DNA from: an uncultured Haloferula sp.
GTDB lineage: Bacteria; Verrucomicrobiota; Verrucomicrobiia; Verrucomicrobiales; Akkermansiaceae
DNA: 64,000 bases
NCBI GenBank assembly: GCA_965652295.1
Contig: CBFGTS010000012.1
Span: 60,706-124,705, forward strand
Direction of reading: 5' to 3'
The notes beneath the pieces were generated by a model. It worked only from the letters and a program-made list of their open reading frames with translations. It ran no database searches and had not been told where the DNA came from. The position numbers and the translations under genes are program-made. Position 1 is the stretch's first letter. Every line of letters starts with the position of its first letter. Of the stretch, positions 1 to 13,000 are shown in pieces.

Positions 1-2050
1 GCACCGCGGCCGATCCCGGTTCCTGCGCGACTTCCAGCTTCTCGATCGCCAGCAGCGCGTCACGTGGTCCCCCGCCACCTTCCGCATCAAAGGTCTCCAA
101 CGCACGGATCACATCCATCGCCCGGCCGTGGCCGAAATCGGAAAGCGTTTCCCGCAATGGTGCCACCAAATCCTCAAGCATTCCTCCGTATCCCTTCGCT
201 TCGACTTCCGTCAGCAGGCCCTCCCAACGCGCCTGCCAGAACCCGCCGAAGCGCACATCGAGCTCCGCCACAAGCGGCGACATCGCCACCACCCCACGCT
301 CCATTCCATCCGCCGGATCCGCCAGCCATGCGATCAGAGCCCGCAGAGCCACGCCCACGGCGTGATCCTCAGTCGGCCGACGGCGTCCCTCCTCGATCAC
401 TTGAAAACCCGCCTCCCGCAACCGGTCGGCCAGCGCCACCACCTGATCGTTCGTCCGCACCAGCACGCCGCAGCTCAGTGCCTTTTTCCCAGCACCGATT
501 TCCTCCAGCAGCCCCACCACCCGCTCGTAACGCAGCTCGCTTTCCTTGCCCTCCGTCACCTCCACACGCACGTAGCCGCTCAGCGATGCATCGGCCGGTT
601 CATGCCTCTCCCACCCCGCCGCCCACCGATTCGCCAGTCCGGGCCCGAACGCTTCGCGGATCCCGGCATCGTTACCGCCCACGCGGTTCACGAAGTCCAA
701 CACCGCTCCGCACGAACGCCGCGAGACCGGCATCGACTCCGGGCTGAGGCGGAAGTGATCCCGCACCACGTCGAACAAGCGCACGTCGCCACCCCGCCAA
801 CCGTAGATCGCCTGCTTCGCGTCACCTACCACGAACATCGTAGATGCGTCGTCGCTCGCCGCCTCCTCGATCCACGGCAGCAGGCCGTTCCACTGCGCAC
901 CACTCGTGTCCTGAAACTCGTCCAGCAGCCAATGGTCGTAGCGTGCGTCGAGGCGAAAATCCACCGCCTCGCGCCGCAGCCGACCCGCTTCGGTTTTCAA
1001 CCACTCGCCCATCAGCACCTTCACATCGTCAAAGCCCAGCAAACCCCGCCGTCGCAGCTGCCTCTCGCAGGCCGCATCGAACTCCGCCACGATCCGCAGC
1101 ACCGCCCGCGTCCGCTCGACCGCCGCCGCCAGCTCGCACCCGACCAGCAGCCTCATCAAATCCCTCAACCGGTCCTCGAAAACCGGCCCCATCGCCACCT
1201 CCTTGTAGTGCTTCAGCACCAGCACCTCATCGCCGCGCCACTCCAGCATCCCCTTCAGAAAGCCCGTCGCGCCACCCAACGAACCGCTGCCGATCGTGTG
1301 CTTCTCGAAAGTTACCAGCGCCTTCTCCATCGCTTCGCCCTGACCCTTGCGCGTCCACTCCACATCCTGCGCCGCCGATCTCAATCCACCCACCCGCTTC
1401 GCCTTCTCCCTTTCCCACTCCTCCACCTCCGGCAGATCGCCGAACACCCGAGCCAACCCTTCGTCCAAAGCCGCGCCGTGCTCCCGCCATTTGTCCTGCC
1501 AAGCGTCGAAAAAACCCAGCAGCAGCTCCACCACCGCCTTCTGCTCCCGCCCCATCGTCGCCCGGCGGAAGGCCGCGAGAAACTCCTCCGCATCCTCGTC
1601 CCACATCGCATTCCCCACCAGTCCGCCGAGCAGGGCATCGAGCTTCGCCCGTCGCTGCGGCCCCTCCAACAGCTCGAAGCTGCCACCGGTCACACCGAGT
1701 TCGTACTGGAAACCTCGTACCACCCGGGTGAAAAAACTGTCCATGGTCCCCAGCGCCAGCCGCGGCAGCGCGCGCACCACCTTTTCCAGCACCTCCATCG
1801 GCTCGAACGGACCGCCCAGCGCGTCCTCGATCCTCGCCCGCTCCGCTGGATCCAGCGCCGCCTTCGCCAGCTTTTCGAGCACCGCATCCGCGAACTCGCC
1901 CGCCGCCTTGCGGGTGAAAGTCAGCGCCACGATCCGCTCAGGATCGACCCCCGCCCGCCCCACCAGGCCGATCACCCGGTTGCTGAGTTGATAGGTTTTC
2001 CCCGACCCCGCCGAGGCCCGGATCATCAGGTTTTTACTCAGAATCTTCAT
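1..2050 (-). CDS. addA: AddA-like UvrD-family helicase(-nuclease), 3' part runs off the window edge
   Basis: Not in the ORF track because it has no stop in the window. Manual translation from ATG at 2050 gives MKILSKNLMIRASAGSGKTYQL (Walker A), ALTFTRKAAGEF, WLLDEFQDTS (motif II) and VGDAKQAIYGWRGG (motif III). It overlaps the end of the upstream PD-(D/E)XK gene. Confidence 0.85.
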   Translation of the reverse strand, partial: MKILSKNLMIRASAGSGKTYQLSNRVIGLVGRAGVDPERIVALTFTRKAAGEFADAVLEKLAKAALDPAERARIEDALGGPFEPMEVLEKVVRALPRLALGTMDSFFTRVVRGFQYELGVTGGSFELLEGPQRRAKLDALLGGLVGNAMWDEDAEEFLAAFRRATMGREQKAVVELLLGFFDAWQDKWREHGAALDEGLARVFGDLPEVEEWEREKAKRVGGLRSAAQDVEWTRKGQGEAMEKALVTFEKHTIGSGSLGGATGFLKGMLEWRGDEVLVLKHYKEVAMGPVFEDRLRDLMRLLVGCELAAAVERTRAVLRIVAEFDAACERQLRRRGLLGFDDVKVLMGEWLKTEAGRLRREAVDFRLDARYDHWLLDEFQDTSGAQWNGLLPWIEEAASDDASTMFVVGDAKQAIYGWRGGDVRLFDVVRDHFRLSPESMPVSRRSCGAVLDFVNRVGGNDAGIREAFGPGLANRWAAGWERHEPADASLSGYVRVEVTEGKESELRYERVVGLLEEIGAGKKALSCGVLVRTNDQVVALADRLREAGFQVIEEGRRRPTEDHAVGVALRALIAWLADPADGMERGVVAMSPLVAELDVRFGGFWQARWEGLLTEVEAKGYGGMLEDLVAPLRETLSDFGHGRAMDVIRALETFDAEGGGGPRDALLAIEKLEVAQEPGSAAV

Positions 2051-4754
2051 CGCTCCACTCGTTGGGTTCCATCACCAGGCTCTCCAGCTGGCGCCCCACG
2101 GCCAGCGCCTTGAAATCATCGTGGTTCACCTTCTCTGCCGGCGGCCAGAATGCCCCCGCCGTCACCTGCTCCAGCACCCACGCCGCACAGGCCCGTGCGG
2201 ATTCCCGCTGTTCTTCATCGAAGTCGCCCCACCAGCTCACGTCGCATTCCCCCTCGCTCGCGCCGAGCACGTAGTAGCCCATCGCGCCGATCTCACCCAA
2301 AGCCACCGCATACAAAGGCACCTGGAGGTCCTTCCACAGATGCTCCGTCGGGCTTTTCGATCGCCCGGAAATCACCTGCACCCGGGCAGCCTCCACGCCA
2401 TCAAGATGCGTCGGAATCCGCGTCGCGGCGGTCACGCGGGTCAAGTGCGAGGTCCTCACCTCCTTGCCGCTCAGTTTGGCAAAGGTCTTGTAGTCGAGCA
2501 CCCGCAGCTCGCCATCGCGCTCGTCGATCCGGTCCACCGTGCCCCGCACCGTCACGCCGGCGATCTCGATTTCGAACTTCTTCTCCACCTCCTTCACCCG
2601 CCAACCTTCCACCTGCTCCTGCGCCTGCCATGCCGAAAACCAGCCCAGCCGTTGCTTCAGGCTCTCCGCCTGCATCCGCGCCGCCAGCGGGATCCGCTCG
2701 CCGAATCTCCGCCGCAGCAGCGTTTCCACCTGGCCTTCGAAATACTCCCTCAGCGCCTCGACCTTGCTGAAATCCCGCGCCACCGGATCATTGCCCCACG
2801 TTTCGAGAACCTCATGCGCGACCGTTCCGAAATCGCGCGAGTTCCACTCGACCCGCTCCGGCTCTGCGGCGCTCATGCCCAGTCCGTGCTTCAAATAGAA
2901 CCGGAACGGGCAGGCAAGGTAGTCCTTGAAGGCGGAGACCGACAGACTGCGCTTACCGTCCTTTACCCGCACCTCCCGCCGCTCCGGCCGCCAACGCCAG
3001 TCCACCTCGAACGCCACTCCCGCGTCCGGTGGCTCCACGCCTTGGAAAAGCAGCTTCACCCGCCGCGCCAGCTCCTCGCCTTTCGCCGCCAGCAACAGAC
3101 GCGATGGCAACAGTGCGTCGCCATCGCCCCCGGATTTCGCCAGCAGGAGGTCCACCCGTCCGCCCGTGCGCCGCGCCTCGATCACCGACCGCAGAACGAA
3201 CGCATCCCGCGCACCCCGCTGCGCCTCCGTGCCCAGCCCGAGGCGCTCGCGCACCCCCTCCGCCAGCCACGGATTCGCCCCCCCCGGCGACGGCACGCGA
3301 CCCTCATTCAAGCCGCAAATCACCAGATGCCGACCTTCCGCGTGCAGCAGCTCCAGCCACCCCTGGACGTCCGCCACCCGTCCGTCCGGGATCTCCGCCG
3401 GAGCCCCCGCAAGCTCGCCCAGCACCAGATCCAGCCAGTAGGTCGCGGGCCGACGGCTGCGCCCCACCGCCACTGCCAGCCCCTCCATCGCCTCATGCAG
3501 GCCGGCCCACTCGCCCGCCGCATCCACCCGCTCCAGCAAAGCCGCCATCGCTTCGGGAAACGGCTGGCGCATGAACCTGGCCCGCCACTTCATCAACCGT
3601 TCCAAGGTCTCCCTCGCCATCTCGGCCAGCTCACCGCTGCCCTCGTCGGCCGCGGCCACCCGCTCGATGTCATCCAGATCCCGCACCAACCACTCGTTCC
3701 GCAGCCGCGAAAGTGCGTCCACCCGTTGCGCCCGCCGCCCCCCGACCAATGCCGAAGTCGAGGCGTAGGCCAGCAGATCGATCGCCTCCGCCGCTTCCGG
3801 TTTCTGAAGAAATCTCCGCCACGCCTTCAGCCACGCCCGCGCCCCCGCACCGCCTGCCGCGCCGGGATGGTGAACCTTCCAACCCGCGGCACGGAACGCC
3901 CGCACCAGTTCGCCCGTCGTTTCCTCGTCCGCGCAGCCCAGCGTCAGATCATCCGAGCCCGTCCCCTCCCTCGCCACCCGCTCCACCGCCCGCTGCGCCT
4001 GATGCCTCGCGTGCGCCGCCAGCTCGACACCGCCGGGTTCCGGCCACGCCAGCTCGCGATTCTCCCACTCGCTTTGGATCGGGCGACCCCACTCGTCAAA
4101 CCCCTCGGCCTCCCCGGCAGGCGCGGCCACCAGACAGGTCACCTCCGCCTCGTCGATCCGGCGCACCAGCGCATCCGGGAAATCCCACACTCCCGCGAAA
4201 ACCAACCGTCCCTGCAGTTTCGGAGCATCCATCAGCAGCCGGTTTTCTCCGACCGCTCCCCAGCGCCACAACACCTCGTCCCGCCGTCTCGCCAACTCCG
4301 CCAGCCCCGCCCATCGCTCCGCCTCGATCGACCCTGAAAGCTTCGTTGCCGCCAGAGAAATCGTCAGCGTGTTCTCCCGCAGCGAGCGTTCCAGATCCAC
4401 CAGCGACCTCGCCAACGAAAGCGCCCAGCCCGGGGCCTCGCCCTCGCCCGGCGCGTCCCGGAAGACCGCCTCGAATTCCGACCAATCCCCGACTCCCTCC
4501 AACGCCTCGACCCAGGCCGCCACCTCCACCGCGCGCCCGGCCGAACCCTCCGGCCTCAGCAGCCGACCCGGCGTCACCACCCGCGGTGCTAGACATGGGC
4601 TCTTCTCCGCCAAGGCTTCGCGCAAACGTCGACCCGCCTGCGCCGTCGGCACCACCACCTGCATCTCCGGCATTTCCCCGCGCCGCGCCCAAAGCCATTC
4701 CACCACCGCTCCCAACAGCGGCCGATCCCATCCCAGAAACACCCGTCGATCCAT
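2034..4754 (-). CDS. addB: AddB-like protein with C-terminal PD-(D/E)XK (RecB-family) nuclease domain
   Basis: N-terminal VVVPTAQAGRRLR, then LSVSAFKDYLACPFRFYL and GTVDRID...VLDYKT. Lies directly upstream of the UvrD helicase. Confidence 0.8.
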   Translation of the reverse strand: MDRRVFLGWDRPLLGAVVEWLWARRGEMPEMQVVVPTAQAGRRLREALAEKSPCLAPRVVTPGRLLRPEGSAGRAVEVAAWVEALEGVGDWSEFEAVFRDAPGEGEAPGWALSLARSLVDLERSLRENTLTISLAATKLSGSIEAERWAGLAELARRRDEVLWRWGAVGENRLLMDAPKLQGRLVFAGVWDFPDALVRRIDEAEVTCLVAAPAGEAEGFDEWGRPIQSEWENRELAWPEPGGVELAAHARHQAQRAVERVAREGTGSDDLTLGCADEETTGELVRAFRAAGWKVHHPGAAGGAGARAWLKAWRRFLQKPEAAEAIDLLAYASTSALVGGRRAQRVDALSRLRNEWLVRDLDDIERVAAADEGSGELAEMARETLERLMKWRARFMRQPFPEAMAALLERVDAAGEWAGLHEAMEGLAVAVGRSRRPATYWLDLVLGELAGAPAEIPDGRVADVQGWLELLHAEGRHLVICGLNEGRVPSPGGANPWLAEGVRERLGLGTEAQRGARDAFVLRSVIEARRTGGRVDLLLAKSGGDGDALLPSRLLLAAKGEELARRVKLLFQGVEPPDAGVAFEVDWRWRPERREVRVKDGKRSLSVSAFKDYLACPFRFYLKHGLGMSAAEPERVEWNSRDFGTVAHEVLETWGNDPVARDFSKVEALREYFEGQVETLLRRRFGERIPLAARMQAESLKQRLGWFSAWQAQEQVEGWRVKEVEKKFEIEIAGVTVRGTVDRIDERDGELRVLDYKTFAKLSGKEVRTSHLTRVTAATRIPTHLDGVEAARVQVISGRSKSPTEHLWKDLQVPLYAVALGEIGAMGYYVLGASEGECDVSWWGDFDEEQRESARACAAWVLEQVTAGAFWPPAEKVNHDDFKALAVGRQLESLVMEPNEWSDEDSE

Positions 4755-4816
4755 CGCCCGTATTTCTGCCCGCCCCCGATTGGGAACGCGAGCCTTTGGA
4801 GCGTCGATTCCCGCCG

Positions 4817-4852
4817 AAACGCAAATCGGGGCAATCTTGCGATTGCCCCGAT
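4817..4852 (-). terminator. Intrinsic terminator of the clpC operon
   Basis: Perfect 12-bp stem ATCGGGGCAATC/GATTGCCCCGAT with a 4-nt loop, followed on the minus strand by TTGCGTTT, about 25 nt after the clpC stop. Confidence 0.75.
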
Positions 4853-4876
4853 GTTAGGAATTCGTTGCGTGATCGA

Positions 4877-7389
<2,513 letters not shown>

Positions 7390-7393
<4 letters not shown>

Positions 7394-8517
7394 GCGAGTC
7401 CGAGGTCGGGTGGTGGGTTATCCCCGTTGTTTTGATTTTCTAGCTTACCGGTATCAGGGGCATCGAGGCTTTGCAACCGGGAGCGGACAATTTCCGCGCG
7501 GATGGCATCGCGCTCTTCGGGTGAAAGCTTCCTCCCACTGTGTAGCTGCAAGTGTGCCGGTTGGATGTCCATCAGCAACTCGTCGCAGATCCTCGCCGTG
7601 TCATCGTTGTAACAACCGAGGTCCGCGCCGAGGCGGAGCATGGAGACGTATTCGAGCGCTTCTTTCGAGGAAATCAACCAGGCATGCCGCAGCAGGCCGT
7701 AGGCGCGGCCGATCTTGTCGCGCACCATGTCCGGATCGTCCTCCATCAGCTTCTCCCGGGCGTAGCGCTCGTTTTTCTCGACCTGGGCGATCACCCGGCC
7801 GAGCCGCTCCAGAATCGCCTCCTCGCTTTCGCCGAGGGTCGATTGGTTGGAAATCTGGAACAGGTGTCCGAGCGACTCGGAGCCTTCCCCGAAGATGCCG
7901 CGAACGGCGAGACCGATCTTGTTCACCGCCTGGAGCACCTGGCCGATCTGGTCGCTCAGAACCAGCGCGGGAAGGTGCAGCATGGCGGAGGCGCGCATGC
8001 CGGTACCGAGGTTGGTCGGACAGGTCGTGAGGTAGCCGAGGCGACCATCGAAAGCATACTCGACGTCCTCGGCGAGCTGGTCGTCGAGCACTGAGAGCGA
8101 TGAAAACGCCTCACCGAGATTGAGCCCGGGGCGGATCGATTGCATCCGCAGGTGGTCTTCCTCATTGATCATGATGGCCACGCTCTGGCGGCGTTCGATG
8201 ACCGCCGCACTGCCCTCGCCGCGCGCGGCATGCTCGCGGGAAATCAGGTGGCGTTCGACCATCACCTGCTTGTGGACCGAATCGAGGTCCGAGAGTTGCT
8301 TGGAAAAACCATCCTTCATGACCGGCAACGCTTCGACGGTCGGTTGAAGGAGTTCCATCACCTTTCTTCGCTGCGTTTTTTTCGCCCAGCCGGGAAAGGG
8401 GTGGTGGGCGAGGTTGCGCGCGAGGCGGATGCGGGAGGTGAGCACGATCGAGTTGTCGGCCGACCCGCCGGTCATCCAGTCGGCGGGGTGCTTCATCAAT
8501 GTCGAGAATCTCATCAT
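7390..8517 (-). CDS. mcsB: Protein-arginine kinase McsB
   Basis: SRIRLARN, NEEDHLR and TCPTNLGTGMRAS phosphagen-kinase motifs. Located between mcsA and clpC with 4-nt overlaps. Confidence 0.93.
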
Positions 8518-9029
8518 CGGCTGCTTCCGGCGTCGGCACCCTGGGTTTCCAGCTCGCGGATCTCGTCACGAATCCCCGCAGCCTCCTCGTAGTTTTCCGC
8601 CTGCACGGCCGAATCCAGACGCTCGCGCAGCTCCTCGAGCCGCTGCCGCCGGATCTGGAGTTCGTAAAGCCCGTCGGGCACTTTTCCCCGGTGTTCGCCA
8701 CCCTTGTGCATGCCGCGGATCATCTGCTCCACCTCGGAGCGGAACGTCTCGTAGCAGGTCCCGCAGCCGAAGCGACGCACGCGCTGGAGATCCTCCAGCG
8801 TGAAGCCGCATTCGGGGCAGCGCCGGCCCGATGACGGAGGCCTCGGCGCGAGCGGCGCGCTGGCCGGAGCCCCGGGCGCGAGCAACAGGTCGGCCAGGGC
8901 AAAGCCGGTCGGGTCCGTCACGCCGCTGCTCTGGGCGCACTCATTGCACAGGGCGATCTTTTTCACCTGCCCGCCCACAAGCTGGGTCAGGTGAACCTTC
9001 GCCGGTTTGCCGCATTTGTCGCAGTCCAT
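8514..9029 (-). CDS. mcsA: McsA, Zn-finger/UVR activator of McsB
   Basis: Start reassigned to MDCDKC at 9029. Four CxxC motifs and a C-terminal UVR motif ENYEEAAGIRDEI. Confidence 0.92.
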   Translation of the reverse strand: MDCDKCGKPAKVHLTQLVGGQVKKIALCNECAQSSGVTDPTGFALADLLLAPGAPASAPLAPRPPSSGRRCPECGFTLEDLQRVRRFGCGTCYETFRSEVEQMIRGMHKGGEHRGKVPDGLYELQIRRQRLEELRERLDSAVQAENYEEAAGIRDEIRELETQGADAGSSR

Positions 9030-9099
9030 CCTTTGGAAAAAACCTAGGTCCGGGTCCGGGGAATGCGAAACGAATTCGCCCCGGATGCCGGGAAAATTC

Positions 9100-9969
9100 T
9101 CAATCCACCGCGGTGCCGGTGGTCCGGGTGAGTTCGCGGAAGGCGGCGATGAACTTCTCGGTCCACGGCCCCATTTTCCCCGAGCCGATGACACGACGAT
9201 CGAGGCTGGAAGCAGGAATCACCTCGGCAGCCGAGCCGGTGAGAAAAACCTCGTCGGCGGTGAAGATATCGTAGCGGGTCACCGACCTCTCGGTGATCTC
9301 GATGCCGATCCTGGGCGCGAGTTCCAGAATCACCTGACGGGTGATGCCGTCGAGCGCGCCATCGGAAACCGGCGGCGTCGTCACCTTGCCATCGCGGATC
9401 ACGAAGATGTTGTCGCCCGTGCACTCGGCCACGTAGCCCTGCTCGTTGAGCATGATCCCTTCCAACGCCCCGGCCTGGATCGCCTCCACCTTGGCCATGA
9501 TGTTGTTGAGGTAGTTCAGCGATTTCACCTGTGGCATCAGGGCGGCGGGCGCAGGACGGCGGGTGGCGCAGGTCGCCAGCGCCATGCCGTCGCGGTATTT
9601 GTCCTCGGGGTAGAGTTTGATGGTCGAGGCGATGATGAACATGCTGGGCTTCGGGCACAGGTAGGGGTTGAGCCCCAGCTCGCCGCAGCCGCGGGTAGCG
9701 ACCAGCCGGATGTAGCCATCCTCCAGCCCGTTCGCGCGCACCGTTTCGCAGGTGAAGCGGCAGACCTCCTCCTGGGTCCACGGCAGGTCGAGGACGATGG
9801 CTTTGGCGGAATCGAACAGGCGGCGGACGTGCTCCTCCAGGCGGAAGATCCGGCGGCCGTAGAAACGCATGCCTTCAAAAACGCCATCCCCATAAAGCAA
9901 TCCGTGGTCGAAGACCGAAATCTTCGCTTGGGATTCGTCCACCAATTCGCCGTCGAGCCAGATCTTCAT
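9100..9969 (-). CDS. ilvE: Branched-chain amino acid aminotransferase (class IV PLP)
   Basis: Start at MKIWLDG (9969). Motifs HGLLYGDGVFEG, KSLNY, LDGITR and ADEVFLTGSAAE. Confidence 0.93.
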   Translation of the reverse strand: MKIWLDGELVDESQAKISVFDHGLLYGDGVFEGMRFYGRRIFRLEEHVRRLFDSAKAIVLDLPWTQEEVCRFTCETVRANGLEDGYIRLVATRGCGELGLNPYLCPKPSMFIIASTIKLYPEDKYRDGMALATCATRRPAPAALMPQVKSLNYLNNIMAKVEAIQAGALEGIMLNEQGYVAECTGDNIFVIRDGKVTTPPVSDGALDGITRQVILELAPRIGIEITERSVTRYDIFTADEVFLTGSAAEVIPASSLDRRVIGSGKMGPWTEKFIAAFRELTRTTGTAVD

Positions 9970-10045
9970 TCGCTGTCCGCGGGAGCCTAGAGCCCGCCCG
10001 GGGGCTGGCAAGCATGCGATTGGGCGTAAATCCGCCGGGTGCGCT

Positions 10046-13000
10046 TCAAGCTCGGGGAGGTAGCGGAGGTTTCCCCGACCGGGGCGGTGCGACCTTCTGC
10101 CAGAAGCCGCCGGCACTGAACTGCTGCCACGCCCATTTCAACCAGCGGATCAGCGAGGCCGCCAGCCACAGCGCCCACGCCAGCATGAGAAGACGGTACC
10201 ACCACACCGAAACGGACAGCACATAAGGCTGCGGCAGAGCCTCCCCGCCCCGCGGCTCGAACCACGACAGCGAAGTCCTCGTCGAGCCATTGCCGCGGAT
10301 GAACATCTCGGGATGCCCCAGCAGGCCGCGCCGGACGATTTCCAGCACGATGATCAAGGCGATCACCGTCAGGCCGGCCAGCGCGAGCTGCAACAGGTCG
10401 AACTTCGCCCCCGCCAGCCGTCCGGCCATGCGTCCACGCCACGCGAGCAGGAAAAACCAGCCCACCACCAGCAGCGCCGCCCCCAGCTCGATCTGCGTGA
10501 GGCCGATCGAGAGCAGCATCCACTCATAGCGTTTCAAAGGCGATCCCTTCAGCCCGCCCAGAACCCACGCCGCCATCAGCGACACCACCAGCACCGTCCA
10601 GAACCGCACCGCAGGTCCGCGTAGCGGGCCATTCGCCCACAACACCCAACGGCTGTCGGGAACAAGCAAACGCGTCGAAACGTTCGCGGCCTCGACCGGC
10701 AGTCCGACTTCCCCGCCGGCCGCACGGAAACCGAGATCCCGCTCGCTGCGCCACTCCACCCGCAGCGTCTGCGCACCGGGATGGACGGGCACGATCAGGC
10801 TTCCCTCCTCCCGCCGCACCGGGATCGCCTGACCGTCCTGCTGCAGGAGGGTGATTTCCGCCGCCGGATCCAGAGATACCAGGAAATCGTCGCCCAGACT
10901 CGCCTCCACCTCCAGCGTCAGCGACGCACTGCTCTGACGCGCGCCCAGCGAGACTTCATGATCCACCCGACGCACCGTCACCGTGTCCCCGCTGATTGCC
11001 TGCGGGCGGGCAAACAACAACCTGACGCTCTCGCCCGGCCACGGATGCCACACCGGCACCAGCGATTCCTCGCCGCTTTCGAAAACCGGCTCCAGGCCCA
11101 CGTAGTCCACGTTCCACACCGGCGAAGTCACCAGATGCCAGCGCTCCACGCGCCGCTCGGACGGAGGGGCCGTCAGCTCGATCGCTTCACCCGGCGGCAG
11201 TTCGCTGCGCCACTCGATCGAATCCTCCCCCGCACCCAGCCGCACCTCCGCCCGCCCGTCGCGGACCTCGACCTGGGCATTCAGCACCTTTTCCCCCGCC
11301 AACAGCGGGACTTGCAGCGAGACCGCTTTACCCGGCGATGACAACCGCCGCACCACCGTGCGCACCTGCCATTGAAGGCCGATCTCCAGGTGACGCTCCA
11401 CGCCGACCAACACGTTGAAGTCCTTGCGATCATAGTCCGCCTCGTCCTTCGAGCCCTTGTTCTTGCGGGAGAAAAACACCGGGTTCTCCGGCACCCCGTT
11501 CGGCCCCACCCCGACCACCGACCATCCCGGTGCGTCGATGACCACCTTCCGCGGCTTCAAAGCAAAGCCCCATTCCCACTCGGTCGTTTCCGGCAGACGA
11601 CCCTCGACCGTCACCACGTGGACGCCCTCCGGCACCACCAACCACAGGTAACCATCGTCCCGGCGCAGCGCCGGACGGGCATCGCCATCGAGCGTCACCG
11701 CCACCGGCGACCATGCCGGCAGCCTGCCCGGCAGAGGCACCGCCACGCGCGCTGCGGCATGCACCTCGGCGGTCATCGTCAGCCGGTTGCCATCGAGACG
11801 GATCGAAACCTCCGGCAATTCCGCCGCATGCGGAAAGACATCCGGTTTCTCCAACAACCGCTCCCGCAGCTCCGACAGCATCTCAGGCCCCGGGATCTGC
11901 GCCGCCGCCCTGCCTGTCCACATGACTGCAAAAACCAGCAACGCAGCAACCGCCGCTCCGGGCACGGGAGGCGGTGACTTTCGCGCGGGCGGAACATCGC
12001 GCCGCGACCGGATCAGCAGCCCGGCGAGCGCCAACAGCAGGACGACACGCAGAACCGTCAGCACCCGATGCATCGTCAGCGAGATGAAAACCGGCCGCAC
12101 CGTTTCCTCCGCCGAGACAGGTCCGTTCCAGCCGAAGGCCACCTCGTTCCAGCTCCACTGCGGCATTGCCGGACCGGTCTGGATCTTCGCCTCCGCATCG
12201 TAGGCGAGATTCGAGGAAATCTTCGCCTTCAGCATCCGCCCCTGACTCTCCTCGAGTTCGTCATAGCTGCGGGACTTCGAGGCAAGTGACACGCCGAGAG
12301 ACGAAGGAACCCCGCTCATCGATCGGCCGGGATAAGGTCTTTCTCCATAACTCAGTCCGCTCTCCTCCAACTGCGGATACATCACTCCCTGCACCTGTCG
12401 CGTCACGAAAGGCACCAGCAGGACAATCAGGAATCCGATCAAACCCAGCCGCACTCCGTTCACCCACTGCCTCGGCTTCCCCTCCGGAACCACCTTCAAC
12501 AGACCGATCGGAACCAGCAGCAGCAGCCACACATAACGCGGCGCGCCGGGTTCGTGATAAGCCAGACCAAAGGCCAGAAACGCCAGAACCCCGGCCTTCC
12601 AGCCACATAGCCGCGACGCCGCCAGCGTGAAAATCAGCAGCAGGAACAGATCGAGCAAGGTCCACGCCGTGAGCCAATCGCCCTGCGTCCAATCCGCCCC
12701 GAACAGCGCGAACAAGCGCCAGCCCGGCGGCAGATGCACCATCACGTCGACCCCCTCCGCCGGCGTCTGCCAGCCGGTCGCCGAAAGCCGTCCGACCTCA
12801 TCGCTGCGGCCGATCGCCTCCATCGCCAGGTTCCGTGAGCGGATCTCGACACCCGCCGCGCCGTTGGCCGGGTTGGTCGTCACAAGCTGTGCCTCATCCC
12901 CGACCTTCGCCGCTCCCAGCTCGCGCCCGCCCGCAATGTCGAGCCGCCAGGTCGATTGACCGGTACCGGAGATCAAATCCCGGAACGTCACACCGCCCCC

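Noticed and set aside
128..2113. 661-aa plus-strand ORF and the many other long overlapping ORFs rich in R/P/A/H/Q
   Set aside because: These are antisense or alternate-frame shadows of clearly recognisable genes (here addA). They are expected in high-GC DNA and carry no family motifs.
2034..4754. PD-(D/E)XK nuclease plus helicase as a possible novel defence system or Cas4
   Set aside because: Size, gene order and motifs fit the AddAB recombination complex in a housekeeping context.
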